A DNA stretch of 64,000 nucleotides from Takakia lepidozioides (lineage: Eukaryota; Plantae; Bryophyta). The stretch covers positions 57,660,001 to 57,724,000 of the forward strand of contig CM060734.1 in assembly GCA_030704615.1 (NCBI GenBank), written 5' to 3'. Made by a program: the position numbers and the translations under genes. The notes beneath the pieces are model-generated. The model did no database searches. It had not been told where the DNA came from and was given only the letters and a program-made list of their open reading frames with translations. Positions 24,755 through 38,052 of the stretch are shown here, piece after piece; the first letter of the stretch is position 1, and every line of letters begins with the position of its first letter.

Positions 24755-25940
24755 ATAGCACAATGGCATACTGCAGATCATATCTGAATTGCCCTGTGTG
24801 GATTCCAGTGAAAGACTCATGGCAGACATGATCTTCCTATCGATGGAATGTGAACTGACACTTGATTAGACTATGACTCTCACCTCATTGACAAACTATC
24901 CATGCAACTTGACCCGTGGGAAGTCAAAGGCGTTTCCCTAATCAACATAAACTTTGGTGTTGCACATACGTCTACAATTATTGGAAGGGATGGCTTGCCC
25001 TCTGGGTCATCCAGGTATTGCCACTTTATATCATCTCCAGATGGTTAAGTTGTTGAACTGAGTAAAGAGAAAATGGTCATCTGGGACGAAGTTATTCCTT
25101 GGTAGATATGTTATTTGAGATGTTAAAACTGCTAATTTGACTTCGGTTTCAAAGGGCAAACCAACAGCAAAGAAGCTAAGACTGGACAATAGATAATATC
25201 CCAAGCAAGCACTGGTTAGCAACAGGCTGCCTGTGCATGCCAGCTACCAATTGATCCAAAGTGGGTAGTGAATGAAAACTAGCAGATAAGGGTGTATGAG
25301 CAGCTTAGTCATGTATTACCAAAATCCACACAATATGCCCACTTTAAGACAGACTGCACAATCCTCATGAATGGAAAGGAAAGAAATTCTTAGACTAACA
25401 AGTTGTGCTCATTAAGTAGGCGTTGAATGGCTTAAGTGTTTGTTGTATTATTGTGGTGTACAACATTTGTTATTTTTTGAGTAAAATTGTCAACAAGTTT
25501 TATTCATTTGTCATGGCACATTATTGGCAGAAGCTTTTGCACGTTTGGGGGAGAAGACAACTATATTGTCATCGGAAGTATTGGTTGTTGCAGATGTGCC
25601 ACGTTGCAGGTTGGTCAAATTGCCCTCATTTTCTCTTACTGTGACGTAAGTTAAGATGTTGAACTTGGAAGTGGAGGAAATGTTTATACATCCCTCTTTC
25701 TCAATTTGAGGAAGGTAATTTTTCTTCTTTTGATTGTTTTGATGAGAATGTCTTGGTATCTTTGTCATGCATGAGCTGGCGGATTTAGGATTGCAAAAGT
25801 CTTTGGTTCTTTATAGGTGATGCTTCAAGGATCTCACCGCTCCCTCCCCAAACTCAGTTTTTCTTCTATGTCAATGATTAGTGAGCCACCAACTCTTTGC
25901 AACCTTGTTGTGGGCTTTGCTTATCATCTGTTGGTGGCAG

Positions 25941-26008
25941 GCTTGTGCAGTATGCTGGTGAGTATGTTGTGACCTTCCCACGTGCCTATCATTTGGGCTT
26001 CAACCATG
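25941..26008 (+). pseudogene. Isolated exon of a JmjC histone demethylase
   Basis: RLVQYAGEYVVTFPRAYHLGFNHG flanked by AG and GT. Confidence 0.88.
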
Positions 26009-26427
26009 GTGTGACCCCCAACTCCTACCTTATTTGTGAGTTGGTTCTCAGCTGGTGGCTAGAGGTGTCCTTCTGTCAATTGTATCTTTGGTACTAAGCC
26101 AGTAAAGAATCCCCTGCTACATGGCATGCCTATTGCATGAATCAATGTCCTCTGATGAACCATTGCAGCATAAGTGACCGGCTCTCTGATGTACCATTTA
26201 AGGCTCTATTCCCAATAACACCCCTAGAGCTGGCTGCGAGGTTTCAGTCCACCAGGATATATGAGACTAGACCCAAATTGCCATGGGAATTGAATGTGGA
26301 TTTATGTCCATTATTTAGGAATTGTGAGGTTGATTTCAGACTGCTCCTCTAGCAAAAAGAGAGCGAGGGCTAATACATGTGGATAAAGGGGCTGAGATGA
26401 AATGTTCCTGATAGTATGGCATGGCAG

Positions 26428-26578
26428 CTCGGATGAGGCATCATGGAAGCATGCTGCAAAGTTATTGGATAATGTGGCAGCACATGGGGAGACCAATGGG
26501 TTTGAGGTGCCTTGCCTGTTCATAGCTGCCAAAGATGATCTTGAGCCTGATCCTGCTTGCATCCACAACTCTACATGG
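26428..26578 (+). pseudogene. Isolated exon of MIRO mitochondrial Rho GTPase (second GTPase domain)
   Basis: SDEASWKHAAKLLDNVAAHGETNGFEVPCLFIAAKDDL flanked by AG and GT. Confidence 0.85.
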
Positions 26579-26875
26579 GTATGGATCCTACTTTTGTTCC
26601 TATGCATGGCTGTCTTGGCCATGGCAGTACAAGCGATGAGGAGTCAAAGTCTTGTCAGACGCAAGATTTCTTTTATCAAAGTAGAACAGCGGTAGCAGGC
26701 GTGTTTGTTTCACAAAATGCCTATGTGTGAAACTCCCATCAAAGCTACGCTTGCACAAAGCCTCCTCAGTCTGAATTTAAACCTGGATCTCAGTGATAAC
26801 TGAAGTTCCACATCTATAGTGTGTGCCCTCAAACCATCCTATTTCCTAGTATACATCAAAGGTGCATCCATCTCA

Positions 26876-27594
<719 letters not shown>

Positions 27595-27595
27595 C

Positions 27596-27953
27596 AAACA
27601 GGCTGGAATAAGTCAAAGAAGAAGGTGCCCTCACCACATTGTCCTCGACCTTGTGTCATGACCCATGGAGGATTTGACTGACCATGAACCCAAGAGGACC
27701 TCTTGTGTGTGCTGTTGTGTCTGTAGTCAGGCAATGTCGGATTGGTTTGTGAGAACCATCACGATGCAGTTGAGTGGGCAGAGATTGAGACACGGCCTGC
27801 TAAGACCAAGCTGACTCTCCGAAGAACCTTGTAAACATCAGGAAGAATGCCAAATGATGGTACTAACAGGAGCCAACAGCCCACATTTGCACTATGGACA
27901 AACTTCTTCACATCGTATTGAGAAAAAGCCACACCTTGCGATTGCGGTTGTCC
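27596..27953 (-). pseudogene. Copy of the first PDF exon pair region (matches 3659-4020)
   Basis: Clearly alignable by eye. Encodes DNRNRK|TNPTLPDYRHNSTHKRSSWVHGQSNPPWV. Confidence 0.92.
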
Positions 27954-28040
27954 ATCGTGAAGGTGACCAGCCACTTCCCATAGTAGTCGATGGCCACATC
28001 GTGCACCACATCTTCATGCCCCGATTCTAGGGTTTGAGTC
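27954..28040 (-). pseudogene. N-terminal fragment of SEC13
   Basis: QTLESGHEDVVHDVAIDYYGKWLVT resembles the SEC13 N-terminus (ETGHxDxVHDVxMDYYGKRLAT). Confidence 0.85.
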
Positions 28041-29204
28041 CCTGTCCGCCCCCTATCCCACCAGCTCCGCTCATCGTCTCTCATCATCAGACTCGACACT
28101 AAAACAAAACAAACATAGCTCTGCCTTGATCGACGTCTCTCATGATCAGACTCGACACTATAAGAAAGCAAACACGGCTCCGTCTTGTTTGTCGTCTCTC
28201 ACGATCAAACTCGACACAAAGAAAACAAACAGATGGCAGGGGAGACAAAAAAACGCTAAGTCCCCTCTACTCATGACTGGATGGATGAATGTAGCGAGGA
28301 TGGATTTTGGGTTTTCCATCAATACATCCATCCATTCATTTGTTTTTCCATTTTTTGGCCATTTTAATTTCATCCATTCATCCAAAATGAATCTTTAAAT
28401 GAGTTTCACTGTCAGTTCATCCAATAATGCCAGCTCAGCGTTTGCATTATTATTTGTTCCTATGTTTATCCAATAGTTGCCAACAAGGCGTTTGTTGTAT
28501 CATTCGTTCATACGTTCATCCAGTGCACAAAAGTTATATTTGATACATTCATCCAATAGTTGCGAGCAATGCGTTTGTGTATCATTCGTTGAGATAATAC
28601 AGTCGTTTTGTTTCACTAACCTTAACCAGCAGTCGATTAGTGTACTGTTAATCTGTTGGGTCAGTGAAACAATAGTTAAATATTTTTACTATTTATTATC
28701 CTCATACTTAACACTGCGACCTAGTAACCCTAAATTCGAGCACATTCATCCTAATTCATCCTAGTTTACTTATCATAATTCATCCTAATCATTCATTTAT
28801 CCATTCATTCCTTCATTCACAGGGTGCTGTTAGTGCCCGCGAGCAATGATATCTTGACACGTCGTCATTTGCAATCACATCCTTCATCTGTTTCATCCAT
28901 TTATGTTTGCATCGTCCACGTAGACACTCCTTGGGCAACCGACAATCGCCACATGCAGTCGTCAATCGCCACATGCAGTCGTGAATACTGGCAGTCATAC
29001 ATTCCCATGCCCACGTCATCCTGTTGCAGTTTTGGCCATGACTCATAGTCGTATTTGACCGCAGATCCTGACGTGGCGGAGGTACAAGGTGGTATATACG
29101 ACTTCTGGTGGTCACAAATGGCAACCAAGATTGTGTCGTGCGCATACATATCGCTACACAACTACATCGCTGTCCAAAACCACACAACATCTGTGCACAC
29201 CAAA

Positions 29205-29361
29205 CACTAGTCTATCACTAATCTACCACTAGTGCACCACTAGGCTGCCACTAGACAACCGCTAGTCACCACTAGTGCAGCCACTAGTCCAACCACTAGG
29301 CTGCCACTAGCCACCACTAGTACAGCCACTAGTCCAACCACTAGGCTGCCACTAGTCACCA
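29205..29361. repeat. CCACTAG-based minisatellite (10-12 bp period)
   Basis: About 14 copies of (c)cactag with variable spacers. Confidence 0.9.
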
Positions 29362-29681
29362 CAATGATAAAGAAATGAATGATACACGCACACAAGCTCT
29401 CTCAAACTCACATACTTGCACATGAAAACATCACTCATATATTAAGTCGAGCCAAGTGCACCCCACGCCATGGGGAATCCACACTACGGCGCCATAGCTA
29501 GACGCGGTGAGGCTCAACTCGATAAAGATGAGCCCACCGCGATCTGTCGTGAAGATAACAACGCCAGGTGTCAAAACATGTATTGGCCTCTAGATTGACA
29601 CTTGGGTCAATCCCAAATGTCAATATATAAAAGCTAGCTATTTCCTAGCTAATTTCACACTAGTGGTAAAATAACTTGACA

Positions 29682-31420
29682 ATGGCAGCCTAGATTTGTT
29701 CCAGCAAACACCCTAACCCTACTTATCACACTGATTCATATGTTGACTTGCGCTTCCAACAGGCCTTCACGTTTTATGCACCACAGAGCTAACTTGCAGA
29801 ATTCAACCTGAAAATTTAGGGACGACTCTGATAACAGGGAAAACAGGCTGAAATGTGTTGAAGAAGGTGCTCATAGGTCTCCAAAGCCTCAAACACGCGC
29901 CCTTGTTGTGCATATCCTGCAGTCATCGCACTCCACGACACCACATCTCGTTCAGCCATACTATTGAACACTCCCTTTGCATCCTCAATGCACCCACATT
30001 TTGCATACATGTCCACGAGAGTACTGTACAGAATGACATCGGGTACAATTCCAGCTCTGACAAGTTACCATGGATCTCTTTGCCCTTTTCTGCGCAGGCT
30101 TGCACATGCATTGCAAATGCCATCAAACGTGATGTGGTCGGGCTTCACCCCTTCCGCTATCATTTGATCATAGGTCTCCAAAGCCTCCTTCCCGCGGCCT
30201 TGCTGTGCATACCCCAATGTCCAAAATTAAGGACTGAAAGATTGTGCACACAATTATCACATTTTACCAGTTCATTTTCATGCACTCCATAATAATATGT
30301 GCATCTTGTTGTGATCTAGAGTCTTATACTGCCTTTTCCATAGTAAAGTCTTGGACTTTAATCAGCAATCAACAGAAATGCCTCCATAGCTAACTACGCA
30401 AACCTGAGTCAAGTTAACTCCAACAATTGTGCAACGGCCCCTGGCAGCGTGATGTCCTACTACACTTGTGCTCAATGGATTGTAATTGACGTTGATTTAG
30501 GTCCAGCTACTGGTTACGGAGACTGTGTTGAACTGGTGGATTCATCATATTGTGAATTCGAGTCTAAAATTGCCAGAGTGTATTGTAGATTAGCATTTTA
30601 TAGTCATTATCGTACTATACAGTCACATTTTCTACCTCCCGAACTGAACATAAGTGATCTCACTGTGATTATTCACCTCACAAAAATCTCTCATCCCTCA
30701 CAAAAGTGTTGGTTAACTATCTTGATTATGTCAAAAGAAGAAAAGCATAGTGTTCCACGACAACACATCTCGTTCAACCATACTGTTGAAAACTCCCTTC
30801 GCATCCTCGATGCACCCACATTTTGCTTACATGTCCACCAGTGTATTGTTCAGAATGATGTCGGGTACAATTCCAGCTCTGATGATGTCACCTTTGCCCT
30901 TTTCCAGGGTTGACAGGCTCGCACACGCATTGCATATACAAACGAACGTGACCGGGTCTGGCTTTACCCCTTCCCGTATCGTTTGCTCATAGGTCTCCAA
31001 TGCCTCCATCCCGCATCCATGCTGGGGATTATCTCGCGATCATCACACTCCAGGACACGACATTTCGTTCAGCCATATTCTCAAACACTCCATTTGTATC
31101 CTCAATACTGCCACATTTGGCATACATGTCCCCGAGGGTATTGTCCAGAATGACATCGGGTACAATTCCAAATTTGACAATGGCACCATGTACCTTTTAC
31201 CCTTTTCCAGGGCTGCCAGGCCCGCTCACGCATTGCAAACACAACCCGGTCCGGCTTCACCCCTTCCCATATTATTTGTTCATAGGTCTCCGAAGCCTCT
31301 ATACCACGCCCCTGATGTGCATATCCTCGCCCTTCCTCCATCATTTGCTCAAGAATAGGTCTGAAAGCCTCTATCCCACGCCCCTGTATTGCATATCATG
31401 CGATCATGGCGTTCCATGAC
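29682..31420 (-). pseudogene. Scrambled PDF-PPR paralogue fragments: intron pieces (29682-29870), PPR repeats (29871-30213 and 30751-31420), and a ~540-bp unrelated insert
   Basis: DMYAKCGCIEDAKGVFNSMAERDVVSWSAM and EALETYEQTIREGVKPD closely match the 95-2110 exon. Many frameshifts. Confidence 0.88.
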
Positions 31421-33019
31421 ACAAGTTCTCACTGCTTCGGCTCAATACTAAGAAAACAAAACTGATCGTAGCACGGGAGACAAAAGGAGGATAAGTCCCA
31501 GCCCTCTGTTCACGGCTGAACGTGGGCAATCCTAAGGAAACTTTTTGAATTTTTGAATTTTTTGCACTTTGTGTCATCCCAATGACACAAGTGCTTTATT
31601 AAAGATAGATGGATGAGGTCATCCAATGGATGAACCCATTCATGTATATGCCTTAAGATGCCACATGTAGTGATGTCGTCATATTACAGAGCTGTGAAAC
31701 CTCATGTAGTCATGTAGTCATAAGCTTCTATGGCATATCATCAATGTGTAGTAATGGTGTAGTCATTTAGTCATAAGCTTATGTAGCACTTGTTGACGTG
31801 TAGTAGTGCATATGACTACTAGTTATATAAACCAAGCCTCTGTTCTTGGTCAACAATGTTTGACCGCGGCTCCCAGTCATGTAGTAATATGTATGACTTC
31901 ATTAGATTAAAATATATTAAATTTCGTCCAACAATGGGTTTCGTCACTCTGTAGTCACATATATAGTCATGGTAACCAAGGTTTATATCACCCGTAGTCA
32001 TAAAAACGTTAATCTGTACTAGTGTTTGATGGTCCGAGAGATCATGCCCAATAGGCTGCCTTTAAAGGATATAAGCATGGCCATCTGGGAGCCATCTCAC
32101 GCCAAGATCGTCCCCCCATGGTGCGCAATGCGAAGCAAGCCCTGGCTGCTCGATCTTAGAGAGAATCCCGACTGATTTCCCCCAGTTGACAGACAATCTA
32201 GAGGCCTCACTATCACAACCCGTTGTAACAGCAAATTAGTGAAAAGAAAGGATGCAAACCTCTTCAATTACTACGCTAAAAAGATGAAAGGACCCGGGGA
32301 GGTCACTTCCAAAAATTTCCAACCGACGTGCAAAACAATATAGGGTGCAATTTATTCACAAAAGATAAAAATTAGAAAACATTTAAAAGTAATAAAGGGT
32401 ACAATAAATTGTGATCATTATAGGGTCTAAAATAATGACTGATTTTAATTTTTTTCTTAAAACTAATATAGGGTTGAGATAAATATCTATGAAAAATTCC
32501 AAAAATATATACTTGCTCTTAGGGGAAAACTTAATACTTACCAAAAAAACTTACGGGTACCTGGCAGCCGCATCATCATGAGATCAAACCTCTATTACGT
32601 TCGTTTATTTTTCTTTTGTCCGCCTCATGCACTGAGGTCACCCCCCACTGCGTGCGCACACGACCTAAGTTAGTCGTACCAACAACAAGTGGATAGATGT
32701 AGATTCAATTATTAGTTCAGTCACTATAACTTTCGATAGAGCGCAAAATGTTTATACTTTGAATGCAGATGATGCGAATGTTTTAAATAAATTTATTTCA
32801 ACCAAATAATAAATTCATTTATCTTGTAATTTTTTTCTTTTATTGTATTATTAATATAGGGTGCCTAATATTTGTTTGAAACAAAAATTATAATTAAAAT
32901 AGCATGCCAAAAAATCACCATATTACAAAATTATGTGAAAAATACCCAAAGTAAAAGTAATACCCCCCTACAAAATACCCATTTATCTCACGTGCCCTAT
33001 ACAAGTGATAGGGAGTGAT

Positions 33020-33180
33020 TCCCCCAAGGGAAAGGACTCCAAGGGCATTAGTCACATTCAAGAGGGAGGTATTATCGATTAGGAGAACCGTGTCATCGAC
33101 ATAAAGAGACGCCTTGATGGAGTGCGGGGAAAGCAGGGATCTTGGAATGGCCAAGCCTTTAACTGTACCAGCAAGTCTAG
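33020..33180 (-). mobile_element. Short LINE reverse transcriptase relic
   Basis: VKGLAIP...ASLYVDDTVLL. Confidence 0.6.
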
Positions 33181-35194
33181 TAAAGCTTTTGTGATTCCAC
33201 ATACAAGGAAGAAATGCAAAATATTGAAGCAATTGGTATAGGAGAAACCCTTTTCCTGCGTAAAGAACCATGGTATTCTGAATTTTATAAGGTATTTTGC
33301 CAGCGTGGCAAGGACCTTAGGGGGCGGAAGGTATAGTGCAATCTAAAGGACCTAAAAATGAACTAAAGAAAAATATCATGGTTCTTTAGGCATCCACAAT
33401 GCCATGGCCTTTGGTCATTCATTCAATTGATATCCACAGTGCCCTAACCTGCGGACATTCATTCAATTGCCTTGCATAAATATGCGAACACTTCAATAGA
33501 ATGAATAAATTTGATGAGAACTCATAGTAAACATGATATGCAAATGATGTTTATATACATTTGGACAAATAACCTTTAGATTTTGAAATAGGAAACCTAT
33601 TTTCCTAAATTTTCAATGACCTCGATAGTGCGACACCATTTGTCATAATATTGAGAATGTGACACCTCAATATTGCAATAATTTTTCAGTTTCCCCAAGG
33701 TATCATAACAATAATGATTTTTATTCTTAAAATTTCATAATTTTCTATTATATTGTGGTTTGTGAGATTTTCTTTAGAAAGTGAGTATTGAAAAAAAAAA
33801 AAAAAAAAAATCTTTGGATTTATCAGTAAAGATCACAAACATGAAAATTTGTTGGAAATTGGCTACATTAAATGCAATTTATCTGAAATGAAAAGTGAGT
33901 GTCATTATTTATTTTGATTCAAGATTTTTTGCTACTTTGAGTACATCATAAAATTGAAAAACAAATAACAAGAAATCATGGTTATCCCTTACATGGACCC
34001 AAAGCATCTGAAACGACATTAAAACGATGGCATATTAGGTGAACATTGATGTTAACCCCTAAATGCCTAGTAAGCTCCTTGAGATATGTCCGCATGTATG
34101 CTCAATTCACATCATATACTCATTTCTTCTTCAGTTGGTTTGTCTCTCTCTAGACAAGGCTGAATGGGGCTGAAGAAGACTCTTGCATCTATCGGGTTCT
34201 CGAGAGGATTTGCAGAAATTCCTCCTCAACTTGGAGGCGATGCGGGGTGAAATGAAAGAGGAATTTGCAATAGTGGATGGTACGTTGAAGATTCAGGATC
34301 TGAATTAATAGGGTTCAAGTCAATGATACATATGTCAATTACATCATACAACCATAAAGAATATGTAAATTTTAAAATCAACATATACTATTGTTGTATG
34401 AAGTCTTTGAGATTTGTATGAACATGGTTATGGTCGTGATATCTTGAACAAAATCTTTTTACATTAATCTATAGATTATTTGAACATATTATTTTGATGT
34501 GAAACAATTATATTTATATATATCCCATATAACCAGTGGACACTTTATACCAATATTATAAGTTAGTTACCTCGTCCCAATGAATGCATGAAACTACCAG
34601 CAAATTTCCTGGCATCCCTTTATCTTTGTGGCAATGAATGAATGGTGGAAATTCTCCACACAAATCTTCATCAAACGTCTAAATTGCCGGCATCCTCAAA
34701 ATCTTGATTGGATCCCAAGAGACATCATAAGTTCAAAGTTCAATTCGGTTACACGGTGAAGATATGGGCTATGGAAAGATTAGGTTGCTAGAGAACTAAA
34801 ACTGAGAAACTATCTATGGAGGCAACACCTGCGCTACAATGGAGAGAGAGCAAACACGACAATGGTCCATCTTCCCCCCAACGTAACCCACATGTTGTGG
34901 TTGGCGTGCCATATGCCTGCATGGTCATGGAGTGAGTGCAACATTTTTCCTTGTGTGATCTACTTCTGGCTAGACTTCTGCCATGCGCAGAACTCATGCA
35001 AGCAATCTATCTCTCTCTTTCTCTAACAAAGGCTCATTTGTTGTCCAGAACTCGATGAACATTCACAGTGACAATTGGAATTTCTGAAAGCTTTTATCTG
35101 AATATTGTGCACGAAGATTTCTATATAGGATAAAGGAATGGGGAATGCAGCCTCTATCTTACAGTGATCCCTCATTCTTCAGAGAAGGCCCCCC

Positions 35195-38052
35195 ATGGCC
35201 TGCTCAATATGCACTCATAGATGCAACAAACTTCATGGAAAGACACCACGTTGGCGTCCGAGTTTTGTCAAGAGCGTGACAACTGACTCCGATATGTTCG
35301 TGAGTTGGAAGAACAAAGATGGCGAATCCCAGGTAATTTACTTTAATTTGCGAGGACATATTGAACTAATAAGGTGGAGAAAGTATATCCATTTTACGTG
35401 TACAACATAGGAAATCATACTAGGGAGAAAGTTGAGCACCTATTTGAGTGGAAAGTGTCTACCGTTGTTAGCGTCGTGTTTGTAAGGCTTGACTGATTAC
35501 ATAAATAGTCTAGAACACTGTACATGGAGTTCTTCTTGTAGTCGACACTACAACCATTTCAACCATTGCATTGGATGCCGCAACCCTCTCAGAAAACGGT
35601 ACTTGAAACCTTGATGGTTGCAGATCTTCAATGTTTAGCACTTGTAAGAAATTAGAATCACCGCTTACTGATGGGTTTCTTCCTGGACAACGCATTGGTG
35701 TAGAGGTTTCCACACAAAATTTTCCCATCAGTAATGGTCTTAGTTTCAGATGGCCAGGGTAGCTCGTTATGTCAAAACTCACAAAAGTTGTGATATCACA
35801 ACAACAATTGATTGTTGATTGCATCTGCCAAAGCAAACCTTGATTTCATTTATCCAGCATTAGACTTGAAATTTCTCAAAGTGGTGCCTTCGGAAGATCC
35901 TCCTTCTTTTATCTTATCTCTCGAGCTATCCCAAACTTAGTGTGGGCCATTTGTTGCAGTGGATACCCCCCGAGTTTTTGAAGCAGAACAAGGGCAGAAT
36001 ATTACACATCGTGAGTTTGGAAGGACCAAGCTCCCGCGTGTGGGAAGTGGTGGCTCTAGGTGATTTAAGCTTCAGCACCTCAGGATTGCGAGAATTTGCC
36101 TCGGAGCATGGCCTGGAAGCAGGGGACAACGTTGTGTTTACTCTCATTGCAGACTCCTACTTCATTGTGCAAATATACAACAAACATGGGTGCGAAAAAC
36201 AATGCAATGTTGTCATTTCCAGCACTCAACCTTGTCGCCCTCAAGCACCAAGGTACTTGGTGCTTAGGCAAGTTGGTTACAAAACGATCATAAGAGTGGA
36301 TAGCAGGAGAGATGCACCAATTCAACTCCCACTCTAAGCTTAATCTAAATGAAAATGCATGACCTCAGATCACTAATTCTTATTGTGAGGTTGCACAGGT
36401 TACAAAAGGAGATAAATATGATGGGAGATGATGATACCAAAAGGGCCATTGAACAATTCACTGGGCACCTCTCGCACCTTCTAGGTTTGCATTCAAGCTT
36501 TTGTTGAAGCTTTAGGGCACTGCATGATCAAGAGCGAAATTATGTTGTTTCCCAATTGAGCAGATCCTTCTCAACAGAGACTAACCGTAGACCAAGTCAT
36601 TATATGCTCACCTCAGTCCTCATCTTCGTTTGCTAAGGCAACTACCTGCTTTCACTAGTGTTTGCCTCTTATCTAGAGTTCAAGAAGGAGAATGGAGCTA
36701 AGAACGCTGACATGAACCAAGATCCTAGTGAAGTGAGTAGTTCACGAGTGGGGAAAGAAATCAAGCAAAGACGATACAGTGAAGGTGAAGCTCTAGTGCA
36801 CACACAACAAGCTATGCACAAAAACGTTTATCACAGGCGCCATGTCAGTGCAACTCCACGTGAGATAGGCAGGGCAGCTGCAACTACCAATCCAAGAGCT
36901 GCTGTTATAATGAAGGCGTGGATGGTGAATTCATGCTTATTGCTGGTGAGTTCACCATTCTTGGCACTCCCTTTTGAACTCCTGCCTCTGCACTCTCCTC
37001 CTCATCTTAACCCACAGTGATTCTTAGTATGGACAGTGAGAGACAAGACTCTTGTCCCAGGCCTTCTCCCCCACTCAACAAATACCTCTACTCATTGAGG
37101 ATGGATAAAGACTTCCACAGGCTTTGTCATATCTGGAATCCCTTTACAGATATAGATTTGAACCAAGGCACATTGTGGTGGCCGTTTGCTACAGGCGCTA
37201 CCAAAGGATTTCACCAAGAAACACTTTCCCAAAAAGAGAGTGGTCATAACCCTCATGGACTGCAACAGGAAGTCATGGCATGTACAATGGCTTGGACACC
37301 GCAAGAGTCCATTTTTGAGTGCAGGATGGGGAAAATTTTCTAATGACCATAGCCTCCAGGTAGGAGACATATGTGAGTTTGAGGTCATTAATACCAGCAC
37401 ATTCACACTCTTGGTGCACATCCAGCAAAAATCTGAAGCAAGAGAGTCTTTGGCCCCTTTGCTCGAAGTCATCTTGCCACCAACCCCTCAAGACTTGAAA
37501 GAAGCACACCCACCTAGGGACATAACTGGCTGCCAACCAAGTCATGAGGAAACTCATGGGACTGGAAGCGATGCCCATATAGCTGCTGATCAACTCTGCC
37601 AACTGTCAAGGAAGAGATCAGCATTGCCATTGGAAGCCTCAGAAAGCAGTCTTACCCCGCATCTAGATAAGACCAAGAGGAAGCTGATAAGCCACAGTGA
37701 AATGATTCATGTCGATGAACCTCAAGGTTGCCAGAAGGAAGCAATTTTGCTAAATACAGGAACACATGCAAATGTTGGGCTCCTCCAGGGATCCGATCCG
37801 GAGGAGAACGGAAATCACATGCAATATTACAAAGTGTCACGGGTCATAAATCGCAATATACATTCTGTTGAGAAAGAATATCTTGTGGAGCTGGAGCCAT
37901 TACAACTGAACAGACAGGAAGGCGGGTCCACGGAAGATGGCAAAGAGCTCTGGTGGGTACCCGTCAGTCATTCCTCTTATGATTTGAGTGCTGCAACATC
38001 GATTGACTCTTTTCAGTCATTGTTAGAAAATGGGTTAGTGGGGCACAGGTAG
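35195..38052 (+). CDS. REM-family protein with two B3 domains and a C-terminal chromo-like segment. Exons 35195-35299, 35960-36252, 36399-36484, 36677-36945, 37195-38052
   Basis: B3-1: SFVK..WIPPEF..LEGPSSRVW..GLREFASEHGLEAGDNVVF. B3-2: LPKDF..LMDCNRKSW..AGWGKFSNDHSLQVGDICEF. N-terminal CxxCxxxC. Splice phases are consistent. Confidence 0.88.
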
